Part shown: one piece after another, positions 41,977 to 55,980 of the stretch
How positions within the stretch are numbered: position 1 is the first letter of the stretch
How the letters are laid out: each line of letters begins with the position of its first letter
Assembly: GCA_017499595.2 (NCBI GenBank)
Contig: CM038999.1
Coordinates: 3,844,001 to 3,908,000, forward strand
DNA: 64,000 nt
DNA from: Psilocybe cubensis
Taxonomy: Eukaryota
Direction: 5' to 3'
The notes under the pieces: generated by a model
What the model was told of the DNA's origin: nothing
The model's input: only the letters and a program-made list of their open reading frames with translations
Database searches by the model: none
Position numbers and translations under genes: made by a program

Positions 41977-42685
41977 ATGGCCCGATTCTTCTGCTTCTTC
42001 ACCCTTGCTTTTGCTTTGCTCATGTCCTGCGTCATGGCTGGTGAGGAAACTCGCAAAGCATCAATTTGAATAGGAACTGACTCGGTCCCCAATTGCACGT
42101 TTCCAGCGCCACTCGGTGGGTCTCATCTTCATGATCACAGAAAGATATCATGACGACTGATAACAAATTTATCAGGCGAACAAAGCAAACGCCAGATTGG
42201 TAATCTCCAATGCAACATTGCACGCCTCAAGACCGTTGCTGGACTCGCTAAGTCGGCCTCTGCTATCAAAAAAGCAATGACTGCTGCTCAGGGGTGAGTA
42301 CCACAACATCAATAGAACCCACCCTCATTTGGGTAACACGCAATTATCTCAAGTGACGCCGAAACTACTGCACAGCTGCAGACGGCTGCACAAGGAGTCT
42401 CAAGTGCCCAGGCCGGAGTAGGAACGATCGCGAAGGCTCTCATCACCGGACAACTGGCGCCCGCTGCAGCGCGTCAGCAAGTCGCAGACGGCCTCAATGC
42501 TGCCACGACCGCACTTGGATCTACAACCTCGTAAATATCTTCTGTGGATGCATGATTAATTGAGGGCCGAACTGACCAGTGTCTCTAGGAGCGACCCTAA
42601 CGTCGACAGTGCTATTGCATCCGCCACCTCGGCTATCGCTGGCACCACCACCTCCGGGCAGCAGGTTGTCGCCAACTGCAAGTAA
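41977..42685 (+). CDS. Small secreted Ala-rich helical protein with two Cys (absent from the ORF track); 5 exons
   Basis: Signal peptide MARFFCFFTLAFALLMSCVMA, a 9-nt micro-exon at 42107-42115, a Kex2-type KR site, then QIGNLQCNIARLKTVAGL...AGVGTIAKALITGQLAPAAARQQVADGL...GQQVVANCK*. Confidence 0.85.
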
Positions 42686-42857
42686 AGAATGTCAACGGGG
42701 CAATTGCTTATAAGGACACTTTTTCACGGACAGATCAGTTTATTTCACTTGTGGGGAGAGATATAGTGCAAGTCAATAGGAATAGGATGATAGGCATTAG
42801 TTACATTTGATTTTACGTTACATTTTCAAGTCAAATACACGATGCGGTTCACGTTGA

Positions 42858-45280
42858 TCAAGAGATTCTTTTCTGGACGATGGGAATGAGGACAGAACAC
42901 CAAGCGTCTGATTTATTGGGGTCGGTGTACGGTAAGCTTGTTTCGGTGTCGCGAAGTATCTTGAAAGGGGACGACTGAGCGATCGGCGATAGGTCAATTG
43001 GTGAAGTCGAGAAAAAGAATTTTAAAAACCCGACGTCAACGTCGTGGCCATCAGGAATGAAGTATTCGATGGGATTTGCACCGCCATTCCCAAAACCTAT
43101 ATTGATCTGACCACCCTCTTTAGGTAGAGGTGAATCCGCCAGGAAGTGGTTTTCTGTAGTGGTCGAATAGTATGATTCTGAATGACAGAGTCACATCAGA
43201 AAATATAGATGCGCGAAACAAATAGGGCTTCCTCACCAATACTGAGCTCACTGTTATCAAAGTAAAATATGTTTGGGTACAAGTTTGTGCCGCTGTAATT
43301 AGTAACCCTGATCCCATACAAGTTTTCGACGGCGTCATCAATCTCAAGGGTGATTATGCCATCCTTGATAAGATTTTCACCCATCGGCATCCATCCTAAT
43401 GCACCGTCCTCGTCATGCTGCCATGACGGTTGCAGTTTAAAGAACTCGAATCGAAGAGATTTGCGCAGGTTGTCACTGGTAAGGTAAGATCGATTCAGAT
43501 GATAGTAGTACGTCGCTGCGCCCTGAAGTATTCGGCATAGGCTGGCAGGATCTGAATTGGCTGTGTGGATGCATCGTGTGAGGCCGTGGGCGGTGACTCG
43601 CTCATCAAGGTGGTAAAAGGCGATGTCATCCCCTTGCCGTCTGGCCTCTATGTCTGCGATTAATTTGTCCGCCAGGCTAAATCTAATTTGGTGGCCAGCA
43701 AGGGGCTCACGGGTCTGCACTAGGGAGGCTTCGTTGAAGATCTGTAGCAGAGCTTCTTCGGGAACATGGACTCTGAGCTGTTCCTGGACGCCTGATTTGC
43801 TTTGAACCGCAATTGGTGACTGTCCTAGGGCACGTGTTGGGTTTATGGGTTGTGATAATGTCGACTGAAATGGTCCGACATCAAGGACGGTGGAAACACC
43901 ACAAGGTTCTTGATTACTGAGCGCCTTAGCATCCGCGTACAGGGTGAACTCTGCTTTTGGCGAGACCCCATGCGCGGCACCTGCACGGAGAACGTACTGT
44001 GCATTGGGATTGAGATCAACTTTGAACACGTTCCTGGTTGGGGATAGGACTTTCCCGTTGAACAGTATGCGGTGTCTGTTGACACCTTCAAGCTGAGGGT
44101 TCTGGCTAATGGAAAAAAATCAGGATCATAGAAGACACGCCCAAAAGTTATCACTTACAAAACGAGCTGCTCCAGACGATCCATGAGATCGACGTAGCTG
44201 ATTTCAGAGATCGGGACGGAGTTGAGAACTTTGAGAAGTGCTCTCGTGAATTGACCTCGGCCATTAATCTCGATAGCACGTTCCGACGCGCTGCACGCAG
44301 CGAGAAAGACATGAGACGCAAGGCTTCCGGAGACATGCTGGACCGCAGCTCGTTGTTGATGCATGTCAATAATATCATCATCGAGGCCAGCGGGCAATGC
44401 ATAGTTTTTTAACATTGCACTTCTCACTGACACAGGTGAATCCAAACTTCGCGTCCCAGAGCCGGCATTACAGCAATCAAAGATCACAGTCTGGGAAATA
44501 GATTAGAGAAGAATAGGGAGTATTGAATAACCTCTTACAATATTATCGCCTTTCTCGATCATGATGTTGCGGAGGAGACGTCCGATTGTCCTGTCCGGAA
44601 TAACATGGACGTTCCCATTACTGGTAAAATCGCAAGGAACAATACTTTGCACGATGTTCCAACCATCCTCCGTTGGCCAATCATCTGGCACCTCGACCTC
44701 CTGTCCGTGGCCAGCATAGTATATCAGAATGGCGTCTCCTCTTCGTATATCGCGATTGGTCTGCAAAGCAACAAAGGCTTGTATGATGTTCTCCCGAGTA
44801 GCTTCGAGGTCGCTCAGCATACGGATGTTGCGGTCGTTAACCCCCAGCTTGTTCTTGAGGAATTTGCGGACTGCTTTTGCATCGCGCACCGAGCCACGTA
44901 GATCCTCAATTTGGGGATCTGAATATTGGTTTATACCAATGATGAAGGCAAATATCCGAGGTGAACTATGACTTTGTAAAAAATCGACTGGGACAGGGGT
45001 CGGACTTGACGTACTGATCAACTGATTCAACGGGACCCTCAACCTCGCTAGATGAGCTGCTAGACACAGTCCTTAACAAAGCTTCTGCCTACAGATGCCC
45101 TACTTTACGGACCTTGTCACAATGTTAGAGTCTCCATGTTTTCTAGGTTTTTTAAGATATGTTAGTTACGTCCCATCGAGCGTTAGTGCACACTCACAGT
45201 TTCATTTGGTCCTCGACTGACATGTCGTTTTTGTGAAATTTTGATGACAGCTTGGACGAGGTGCAGAAGGAAGAGAACAT
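42858..45280 (-). CDS. Caspase-like (peptidase C14, metacaspase-related) protein with a long C-terminal extension; start uncertain
   Basis: IFAFIIGINQY, LRGSVRDA, ATRENII, ILIYYAGHG (catalytic His), IFDCCNAGSGTR (catalytic Cys), SHVFLAACSASERAIE, GQFTRALL. C-terminal region YGIRVTN...LYPNIFYFD...DVGFLKFFFST. Confidence 0.9.
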
Positions 45281-45989
45281 GGAGGCGACCCTTTTATGTT
45301 TTGAAGGCTATGCTCTCGGTTTCGGTGCCTTCAATTCGCGGAGGCGATGCATATGGGTTCATGTTCAGTTCGTAGCACATTGAATTTAATGCGACTGCGG
45401 GAGGAGTTGGGCGAGCTTGTATTGTCGTTTGCCGCAATTTGTCATTTGGCGTTGGACGTACTTCGTATCGACGGTGTCGTCGTGTCGACGACATATGGGT
45501 ATAGGACGGAGTGCAAAAAGTTTACACTCCGCACCCTATGTTACAGTAATTGTACGCGACACTTCTCTTGTTCTTTTCCGACAACTGGCATTGTGATGCA
45601 AGTCTGAGACTCTGTCTATGTAAGAGAAATTATTCTCACTATCCTTTCTGCAACTTACATGTTTGAACTAGAAATGAATGCATGTCAAATTCGTCTGAAG
45701 TTTTAAATGGTGCCAGCAATGTTCCTCCGGCAGAAATTGCCTTCATGATCATTGGTACGGGTTCCGAACGATTCGAAACGTATCACAAGCTGACTCTTTC
45801 GTCCGTTCCTCAGATATGGTAGTAGTATATTTGAGGCAAAAACCTAAGTGTCCTATGTCAGATTGTTGAATAAAGTCTACACAACTAATCTGATCGGCCC
45901 GCAAGTAAGTATATTTACAGCCACTGTTTCCTATTTTTTTCCCAAGCTTGATCCTGCTTATCCTCTTATCTTACTCTACTGTCCTCGTT

Positions 45990-48900
45990 ATGGTCAAAAC
46001 AGTTACCCGATATCGCATAGGTGTAGACGTTGGAGGTAAACCAGCTTTCTATAAGATATCTTTGCCACTGACCTGTTCAAAGGTACCAATACCGACGGAG
46101 TTATTATCGACGTAGCAAAGTCAGGCGACCCGTCTTCAAGAGGGGTTGTCGCGTCTTTTAAACACGCCACTACCCCAGATGTTACCACAGGGATCGAATT
46201 GGCTGTCAAAAGAGTTTTAGACCAATCTGGAATCGACCCTGGGAGTGAATCAATTCTGAGTTTGACGATCGGAACAACGGTGAGCGATATTGCTGTCTCG
46301 GTGCATCGGTGAACTTAGTGGAATATTAGCATTTTATTAACGCCGTTGTACAACTAGATTCATCTAGGCTAAACAAAGTAGCGGTTTTACGCCTAGCTGC
46401 GCCGTACACGGGTGAATGTCCTTCTGTCAGTGCTACCACAGGCCCTGCAGCATCCATCCTGAATTTTCATTTAGTTCATAGACTTTCCTCCAGACCTGAA
46501 GGCACTTTTAAACGGGTATACTTCCATCATAAACGGAGGCTTACAAATGTAAACAATTTAAAAAATCATTCAATCATTATCTTACGACCTCGATATAGTG
46601 ACGGAAGGACAATTAACGACGTTCGCGAGGAAGAGGTCGTCCAACAGGCCGCAATCATCAAACAGAAAGGAATAAAGAATATTGTTTTGGTTGGAATTTG
46701 TGGGTCATAACCTACTGTCATCTATTCTATTTCCCTAAATTAGAGACAGACTCCCCTCTTGATGTTCAAGGTTCTCAGGAGTACAAAGCTAGAGACATTC
46801 TACGAAGAGAACTAGGTGACGGCGTCAACATCGTTTGCTCGCGAGACGGCAAGTGATTGTTTTATAGTTGATTTATGCTGTTTATAACCCGCCAATCACA
46901 GTGGGTCATGTAGGGCTTATCGAAAGAGAGAACGCGTCCATCCTCAACGCGTCAGTCTTGACATTTGCACAGCGTACGATACGGAGCTATAAGCGCGCGA
47001 TGAAGAGGCTCGGTCTCAAGTGCCCCTTGTACCTAACACAAGTCTGTGTTTCTGGGCTTCTCCTTATCGTACCTAACACCTAATTTGCCTAGAACGATGG
47101 GACATTGACTTCGGCAGCAGAGGCGGCTCGTTTACCAATCAAAACATTTTCGTCTGGGGCAACCAATTCAATGCGAGGGGCATCATACCTTGCTGGCATA
47201 GATTTAAAGAGCAAAGAGGGACCGGGAAAGAGTATGATTGTGGTTGATGTGGGCGGGACTACCACTGACGTCGGGGTACTGCTCCCAAGCGGGTTCCCTA
47301 GACAAGCAGCAGCTTTCATTGAAGGTAAATTTCCAATGATGCTTTTAGATTTACGTATTCACGAGTATACTTACAGTCGCTGGTGTGAGGACAAAGTAAG
47401 CAACTTTTTTTAATATATTTTATTTTTGTGTTTATTTTCCCGGAAGCTTCACGATGCCAGACGTCCATTCCATTGGACTCGGAGGCGGCTCTAGAATTCG
47501 GACAGATCAAGATGGCAAAGTCACCGTCGGACCAGATTCTGTTGGGCATTACGTGAGCCTAGTCAAGTTCGTTTCACAAAACATCGTTCGCTGACTTCTG
47601 ATGTTGGCCCATTGGTAGCTGACAAGAGACAGTCTAATATTCGGTGGAAGCCAGGTAACAGCGACTGACATCATGGCCGCCCATTCCCCGGAACTAAACA
47701 TTGGAGATCGAACCTTGGTTGCGAATGTGGATGGGGAGACAGTTCAGAAAGCTATCAAAGCGATGACACGGACTTTAGAGGTATGTTCTGGTATGCGGGG
47801 GACAAAGAAAAAACTGACCAGGCTGTCTAGACAGTCATTGACCGTATGAAGACCAATGCAGAGGATTGTGATGTTCTGTTAGTTGGAGGGGGATCCATTA
47901 TTGCGCCCAGCGCTCTCAAAGGTGTCAGGAATATAATGTAAGCCAAGGGATCAATAGCAATCATTTTCGCAAATGTAGACATCACTTTTTTTAGAATTCC
48001 TCAACACCACGAAGTCGCGAATGCAGTCGGAGCAGCGATCGCCAATGTCTCCGGAGAAGTGGACACCATTGAGATACTCAGCGGGAAAAGTCTCTCCGAG
48101 GCCGTCGACCGTATCAAGCGCCAGGCAATTGGGAGAGCCGTCGACATGGGCGCCGACTCAGAGAGTTCGAGAATTGTGGATGTAAATGTACTCCCTATCC
48201 AGGTTGGTCCCAGATTTAAGCCAGCCTTTCTATGTACTTGCTCATTTTTTTTTCATGTCAGTATGTCACTAACCAGGCCACAAGGATTATTGTTAGAGCT
48301 GTTGGCGAGCTTAAAGATGACGAGCAAGTTCTGTCTTCATCACTGGACGCATCCGAAGAGCACGGCGAAGATTGTGATGACAATGATGGTGACAACGAAG
48401 CTATCATTAACACCCCTATTATTCAAGAAAAGGTCGATTATACTACATATAAACCGAAGATTGTGGACAACAAATGGATACTCTCGGAAACTGATCTATG
48501 TGTGTGCTATGGTGCTCACAGAATCTCTAACATATAAAATCTAACGTGCACTTCGTTAACAAGTTTTTATTATGGAAGGATGTGGGGTCCTTGGGACGGT
48601 ACGTCGTTTCAAGACCTTGCACTGTTGATAAATGTATTAAACACAATTATAAAGGGTGGAGGAGGTTCCCCATACCCTATATATCTGATGTGCCGCCAAG
48701 CTCTCCGAGATGGAGGTACTATTAAAATCATAGATCACACCGCGCTCAATGATGACGATATAATTGTTCGAGGAGGTGAGTAACCACTTGCAATCAAATC
48801 ACGAGCCCTTACATATTCCCGCATATTGGCGGTCAGGCTTTATGGGCTCACCTTCAGTGGGATTTGAACGAATCAAGGGAGGAGAACACCTGCGTGTAGG

Positions 48901-50554
48901 CGGTCTGGAGTTGGCGAAATATTGTGGTATCACAAATTTTACGGCGACACTTTGGTACCACATTTCCATTTATGGAGTACTTTCCGCATTGACGAATATC
49001 TTTATGTAAAGCGATGAAATTGGTGGAGGGAACGGAATGCAGTCACTGTTGATGTCAAAGTACGCCCCTTTCCCATGTCTCTGGTACTTGAAAATAATTA
49101 ACTTGGGACTTAAGTATATATCATATCCCGGCCTTGGATGGCGATCTTATGGGACGAGGTGAGCGCACCAATAGATCATACAGCAATTACCCTAACTAAC
49201 CTGTACCAAAGCATATCCAATGCTAGACCAAGTTCTTCCAGGTTTGTTAGCAAGCTCCATCATCTGCCTATCTGGCTCACCATCATGGTTGTTTAGCGGT
49301 ATATAACAGACCAAACTCGTAAGTTTAAATGTAGTCCCACTTTGTGTCCTATGCTTATGGCTACTTGAAGACTAGTACCGTGCTCTCTGTACGACGGAGA
49401 TGGGAACGCCGTTGTTCGTAGCCAATAAATGTTTTGAAAGTTACTGATTCTGTGAACTAACACCTCAACATCAGATATTATCAAAGGTCAAGAACGACCA
49501 TTTCGTGGAATCCATCATGAGGGTTGTCACAGCTGAAATGGGGTCCTCGGCGGCACTTTGCCCTCCTCCATGTGCACTACGCGATGCACGGGACTTTGGT
49601 GTTAACAGAAGCCAAAGCCAAGCATGGCGGATTGGAAGAGCGATTGCAATTTGCAGGCAGACTAAGTACGTCTACATAATTTTACGGTGTCCCTTTATGT
49701 AGACCATGCTCATGTTCGGAACCTTAAAGTGACATGAGCGGGATTGTGGACGCCATTATGAAGCTCCAGAACGGGAAATGCTTGTTTATTGGCAAGATCA
49801 TTGAAGTGACGAGGGTAGGCTTCTCGGCGTAAACGAGGTGTGTCTAGCTAACATCCGATGTTTCTTAGGAGGTCCGAGCAGGTTTTACATGGGGTCAAGT
49901 GCGCATTGCACGCCTTCGAGATGACGAAATCGAAGACGTTATCCAGCAAAACCAGATATCCAAAACCGCAGAAGAGACGATGGAAGGCCCTGAGGATGTT
50001 ATGATTATACCCTTCCAGAATGAGAATTTGTGTGCGTACTTGGAGAGACCAGATGGGACCCGAAAGGTTATTTTGCTTCTTTAACTATTGTTGCAAGATA
50101 TGCTGACAAAACTTGTACATGATTGGCGCGGGTCTAGATCGTGGTGAGCGTCCCGGACTTGATCACAGTGCTCGACTCCCAGAGTGGATCGCACCTTGGA
50201 ACACCTGAATGCGAGTTTCCGTATTAATTTGTATCTTTGTCGAGGCTTACCCATTAACTTGATAGATGCGTATGGGCTTCGGGTTACAGGCACGTCATAT
50301 CTCTCGTGTCCGTATTTCCCAGTCTAATCCCGTCCGTGTTGTCCAGTTATTGCTATGGCAGGCCACCCGCTTTGGCGATCTGAAAGGGGCCTAGTTGTGG
50401 GCGGCCCCACGGCCTTTGGGTGTGTCTCACTGCCAGAATATACAAGCTGATTTGAGCTGACAATCTTTATTCCAATAGTTTGGATCATACTTTCGAGCCT
50501 CTGGGAGATTACATCGAGCCCAAGTCTGTCATTGAAGAATACAGAGGTCAATGA
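45990..50554 (+). CDS. Hydantoinase/oxoprolinase-family protein fused to DUF917; very intron-rich
   Basis: YRIGVDVGGTNTDGV, IGTTHFINAVV, SGATNSMRGA, VVDVGGTTTDVG, SIGLGGGS and ANAVGAAIA. DUF917 part: GCGVLGTGGGGSPY, GFMGSPSV, EIGGGNG, DGDLMGRAYP, IPFQNENL, VPDLITVLD. Confidence 0.9.
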
Positions 50555-53530
50555 GAACCGGGTGAAGAAAGCAACAGTGGAACGTCCAATTGTTACACTG
50601 CATATACATTTTCTGTGCTTGCATAAGTTTTGTGACTACCTGACTCTCATGATAGAGCTAACTTTTGTTTGTTTTCTTTTCGGCCTTCATGGACTCGAAA
50701 TCATTGTTTCGTTTTCAATTTCGAGATGCGTATCGTGACGAGTTTTGAATAAGGCAAGAAAGTTGAAGGTACACCACTAGTTTTGACGCAATGGGACAAT
50801 ATTACGTTTCGCGTACGTATTGGTGGTCGAGAATGACTTTCTTTCCATTATCTTGGGATAGTGACTTAGCCAGATGCTACACAGATGGCCGTCCATGGCT
50901 TCTTCGAGTCCGACTCGCATCGGAGCATCCTCATAGCTCATTGCTGCGTCCTGTTTCTCCGTAGTCCGAAAGTATCCCCTGCTAGGCGCCTGACTCCTGG
51001 ATCCAGACTCCCGCCGCCGAAGTCAATTATATAACGCTTCGTGAAGTTCAACGTCAACGTGTCGGACAAATGCTGGGGTACAAGGTGACAATGACATAAC
51101 TCTCAAGCACCTTCAGGCTTCGATTCTTGAAGGCTTCTCATCTCGTCATGATTCCAAATTCCAATCTAAGAGAGATTATTCATCGATCACCTCCACCTCC
51201 GAAAACTCAGGAGGCGGCGTGATTTGAGACTCGAGATTCGAGGCGGGCGCCGCTTTGTTTGAAAAATGTCAATGAAATGGCGAAGAGCCAAAAGTCAAAA
51301 GCCAAAACTTTGGGATTTCGAACTTTATTTTAGCGATGCGTCTGTGATTTTCCACATGCACTGGAATACTGGACTGGTGATGTACAGTGCACTGTGCAGG
51401 GATGGGAATGACGCTGACGCCGACTCCTGAGTTCAGAGTGGGGCGGTGACAATGACACTGAGGCTGAGTGGGATTTGCTTGGCGTGGTTGAACTTCAACT
51501 TGTGCTTGAATCGACGTCTTGTTGAAACGTGAACACACTGATTCGCGTACTGCTACCTGTAGGACCTAGCAAGTGGGTCCAGTCTCCAGATATCCAGGAT
51601 TATGACAGGGTCGAAGTCGAAAGTTGAGCTCTTCGACGCGGACGACCAATGGTCCGTCTTGACTTTTGAAAACTCCATCCCGTCCACCGCTGAGCGCTAG
51701 GGGCTTGCGAAATTGGAGTCCATGTTGAGGTTAAAGGTTAAAGACCTGATCCTGACCAAGCGCGCGGCGCCACAGCGCGTTTGGGCACTACTGCAGTCTG
51801 ACAGTGATAGTTATAGTATACTAATACCTGCCCGTACATCCCGAATTCCGAGTCCCGACTATGCCGTTTTCGAATTCAGTTTTTGCCATCTCATCTGCGA
51901 TCGTTCTTTGGTACATGTATGTCTTTGCGTGGCGCCGGAGTTTTGCTACCTTTATACGTATAACGTTACCTACAAAGCATGTTTATAAATTGTAAATGGT
52001 AATTGTAAAAGCGAGGGCGGAGAAAGGCCGTCCAGCCGCCTAGCCGCCTAGCCACCAGGGTCAGGGAGTGGAACTTGAACGTTGAACGTTGAACCTCCAT
52101 TGACATTGGACAGTAAGTATCTAGAATTAGAAATTTGAAGACGTGCACACTGCGACGTGCGACATGCGATATGTCAGCGACATTAAGAGTCAAATCAGAC
52201 TCAAGATAAAATTGAAACTATGCGTGGTCCGGGGCAGTGGGGAGTTCAAGAACTTTTTTTTATGGGAAGCACTTGCTTAGGCGGGTTAGACTGGTGCTTC
52301 AAGTGTTTAATTTTTTAGAGTTTACTTAATTCCATGTCGATATCGATTATCGAAGTTTGTTATGTTCCATGTTCCATGTTGAGAAGTTGAGAACTTCGAA
52401 CTTCGAGTACGGAATATGTAGGTGTACGGAATTAGATTTGTCAGTGTCATTGTGTCAATTATGTCATTGTCAACGCCATGCTCAATGTCCGTCCGCCAGA
52501 AGCGAGGAGAACATATTATAATATATTATAGAGTAGCGCCGTTCCTGGGCTAGTGCGTTGCGAGGGTGTTTCGAACTTTGAGCGCGTCTTGATCTCATAG
52601 GCCTCTGCGGACTCCCGAGTGGTGTGCGTTGGCACTTGCCCTCTCCCTCTCGATATCGCGTTCTTCGTCACTGCCTACCTTCCCCGCACGACGCACGTCT
52701 ACCGGCCACGCAGCTGTCTTGAGCGGGATTGTACTTCATCTACTTGCTTCTCTGTGTTGCTTAACTATCTCCTGTGTGTTCATCGTTCGCTGTTCGGTTC
52801 GTTGGAGTGTACTCTGTTCCTGGCACCTACCCACTGTTCCCAACCATTCCCACCAATTGAATTTCGGTCGACTCGTTGAAACTCGCTGAAACTCGAACGT
52901 TCATTAGGGAGCGAATATTGGGTGTGGGCAAGTTGAACTTGAAGGTACGTGATTGTGTCTGTGCTGTATTTATTATCACCATCACTATCGCGTTGAAACC
53001 CAACGCAGCGCGCTTTGCGTGTTAAACTGGATGATGGATATGTAATGTGGAACGCTGTATTCTGACGTTGAACTCAAGTTAGATTTTTTTTGTAATCAAC
53101 AACTTGCACAATCGTCGTCGTCAGCGGCGTCGTCCCTCGCACCGCACCGTATACTGACGCCACACCCTTGTCTGCCCCACGACGCCGTGACGCCGCGCTC
53201 CACAGTTGTATTGGCACTTTTTGGCAGATTTGCTTCCGGTTGGCATTTGCACATCAACAATCAATAATTATAATCAACGCTCCTTCGGTATTCGGTATTT
53301 GGTATTCGTCTCGGTTCGGAGGTATTCCATTATAGAAATCGAAATAGAAATTGATCGTTTGGCGCAGTGATACGTAGATCGTCGGGGTCCGGGACCATTT
53401 TCGTCGATTTGGATACAAAGACCAGGTGAAAGTAAAAGTGAAGTCTGCGCGCTTCTCTTCAGACGGAGGAACGAGGAATTAAATAATCCTAATCAAGTAG
53501 CATTTTCAAAACAACACGAAAAGTAACACA

Positions 53531-54058
53531 ATGCACCCGCACCCACTCCCATCAACACCTACAAACCCCTCGCGCACACGCACGCAAAAGACGCTGACCA
53601 TCGCGCTCTCCCAAGCACAGCTCGCCGTATCACTCGACGAGTCCCTCGCACACACACTTTCGCCGTCCACGGCGGACGCTGATGCAAATTATAAGAGGAT
53701 TGAAGAGGTAATTGGAGTGTACGGACGGAGTGTGGGGTTGCTTGGATGTGTGATTGAGGGGATTAGGAGGGAGGAGACGTTGGGGGTGTTGATTGGGAGG
53801 AAGAAAGGGAAGGGGAGGAAGGGAAAAAGGGAGGAAGAGGGAAAAGAGAATAAGGGGCAAGGGGAAGGGCAGGGAGAGGGGGAACAGAGTGCGCTGAGGC
53901 AGAGAGAGAAGAATGAAGATGATGATATTGGAAAATATAGAGAGGAAGATGTGAGTCGGTTGGTGGGTATACATGACTCATATAAGCGCCGTATGGAGGT
54001 TTTGAGTGAGGTGTATGGTGTCCCGCTCCCGCCGGATTCGACGCGTACGAGGTTGTAG
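53531..54058 (+). CDS. Small stand-alone MIT-domain-like protein
   Basis: LTIALSQAQLAVSLDE...IGVYGRSVGLLGCVIE...[K/E/G-rich insert]...EEDVSRLVGIHDSYKRRMEVL matches the three-helix MIT pattern (AVxxD, Y, YxxR). Confidence 0.6.
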   Translation: MHPHPLPSTPTNPSRTRTQKTLTIALSQAQLAVSLDESLAHTLSPSTADADANYKRIEEVIGVYGRSVGLLGCVIEGIRREETLGVLIGRKKGKGRKGKREEEGKENKGQGEGQGEGEQSALRQREKNEDDDIGKYREEDVSRLVGIHDSYKRRMEVLSEVYGVPLPPDSTRTRL

Positions 54059-55980
54059 TTCGTGTTTTTTTGCTTGTTTTCTTCTGTTTGTTTTGGTTTT
54101 TGATTTTCTTTGTTTCTTCGATTGCTTTGTGCTTTGATTTGGGTTTGAAATTGAATGGGTTGTGGATTACTCGCTTACTTACATACCCTCTTCGTATTTC
54201 AGTTTTGGAGTTGTTTTTTTTTTCTTTTTGGTTGTTCACGGATAATGATATATGCGTACACGTGTGGTTGATGTTCGCATAATTATGTTTTGATTGGCTA
54301 ACATTCACCATTTACTGTTTACTTCCTTTTGGAACGTCGGCCTCCGAGCTGCGGCCTCATTAAATTTATGTCATTATCAATGAAAAGTGGGTAATTTTTT
54401 CTTGTTTCTGGAAGGAACTGGAAGAGAGAAAGAGAGAGAGGGAGGAGGGAGAATGAAACCTGAATAATTTTGATTCTCGGAGACTATCCAAAGAGAACAT
54501 CCTTCTTGTCTTCCCTTTGTGCGCTCCTTTTACAATTTACCAAGTTCCGGGTGTGCACTTGGTTTTGTTTTTTGTTTGTTTGATGTTTTTTTATCCATTT
54601 GTCGTTCCAGCCGAGAAGACCCAGAACCATCTCTATCCCTTCTTCCATTCCCTCCTTCCTCTCCTCAGCCTCTTGGAAGTCAAACTAAAAGGTGTGAACA
54701 CAAAAAATACAAGGGCCAAACCTCCAAGCTCAAACTCCAACATTCACCAAAAGGGCACAAGGCGCGGCCGTGCGAATTTGCAGTGCCACAAAAGGCACAT
54801 TACCATCATCAGCGTGACAATGGTATGTAACACCACGATTTGTAACTTGTAACTGTCACAGTAACACTGATCGCGCGTCGCGTCAGAAATCTGGTTCGGA
54901 TTCCGCCCTTTCTTTAGTCCGCCATTGTCATTTGTGCTCCTTATCCCCCTCTTCATTCACCGCTCACCGTTCTCCGTTCAGCTTGAGCACATCAACGCCC
55001 CGCTCACCAGCCACAAGATTCTTTGTCGATTACCGTTCATCGCCATCCCTTTCTTCCTCTTCGTCTTCTTTTTCTTTCCTTGTTCTCGTTTTCCCCCTTG
55101 TGTTGGGTTGGGTATATTTGTACCTCAACTTTTGGTTAGACTTGTTCGACTCGATACACCACACCGCACCACACCTGCACCCGCAGCCAGCGAGATCACT
55201 CACAGACGCATAGACGTACGAAAGGCAACGGAGGCACAGAGGTAGAACCCACTTTGGCGAGTCAACCCCAACCCCAGCCAAACCAAACCGCAAAACGCCA
55301 CTCACCCTCGCGCAGTCAGCGTCCAGCCACCTTGCTTCGAATAAGCCATAGCGTACGCAAAATATAGCATATATACACTTCACTCGCCGATTTTCGATTT
55401 TTGATTGTGGTTTTCGTACGACGTACGACGTACAACATTCACCGGTCACCACTCTCACCGCCCACTCCCCACTCCAAACTCTAAACGAGTTACGAGTTTT
55501 AAACGGATTCGAACTCGAGGTTCTCCGTGCCCACACACACACCATCCTGGTTCAAACTGCAACCGCAGCCGCAATTTGTGCTATCACTACACTTACCGCC
55601 ACCGCTATCACATCTACAGCAACAGCACCAGCGCCAGTAAGGACAACACCTACACCAAGCACACGACAAGAGCACACTACAAACTACGAACTACGACTGC
55701 AGCTACAGCATCAGCTACAACAGACGAACGTACTAGCACTAGCCTAACCCAACCAAAGCCAAGGGTACCTCTGAATCCTGCGCGCAGAGCGAGCAGCACA
55801 GAATAGCACGCATATATCCCAATTCTCTTCCTTTTTCTGACCTGCTTCCTCAGTTCACGCCACCCCGCCACACACACGCCCACACCTTCACTTTATTGAA
55901 CCCAAAACATCGCAAAACCTTATACAATCCAATTCTTTATCCCATACCCAACCTAATCTATCCACCTACCCACCACATAA

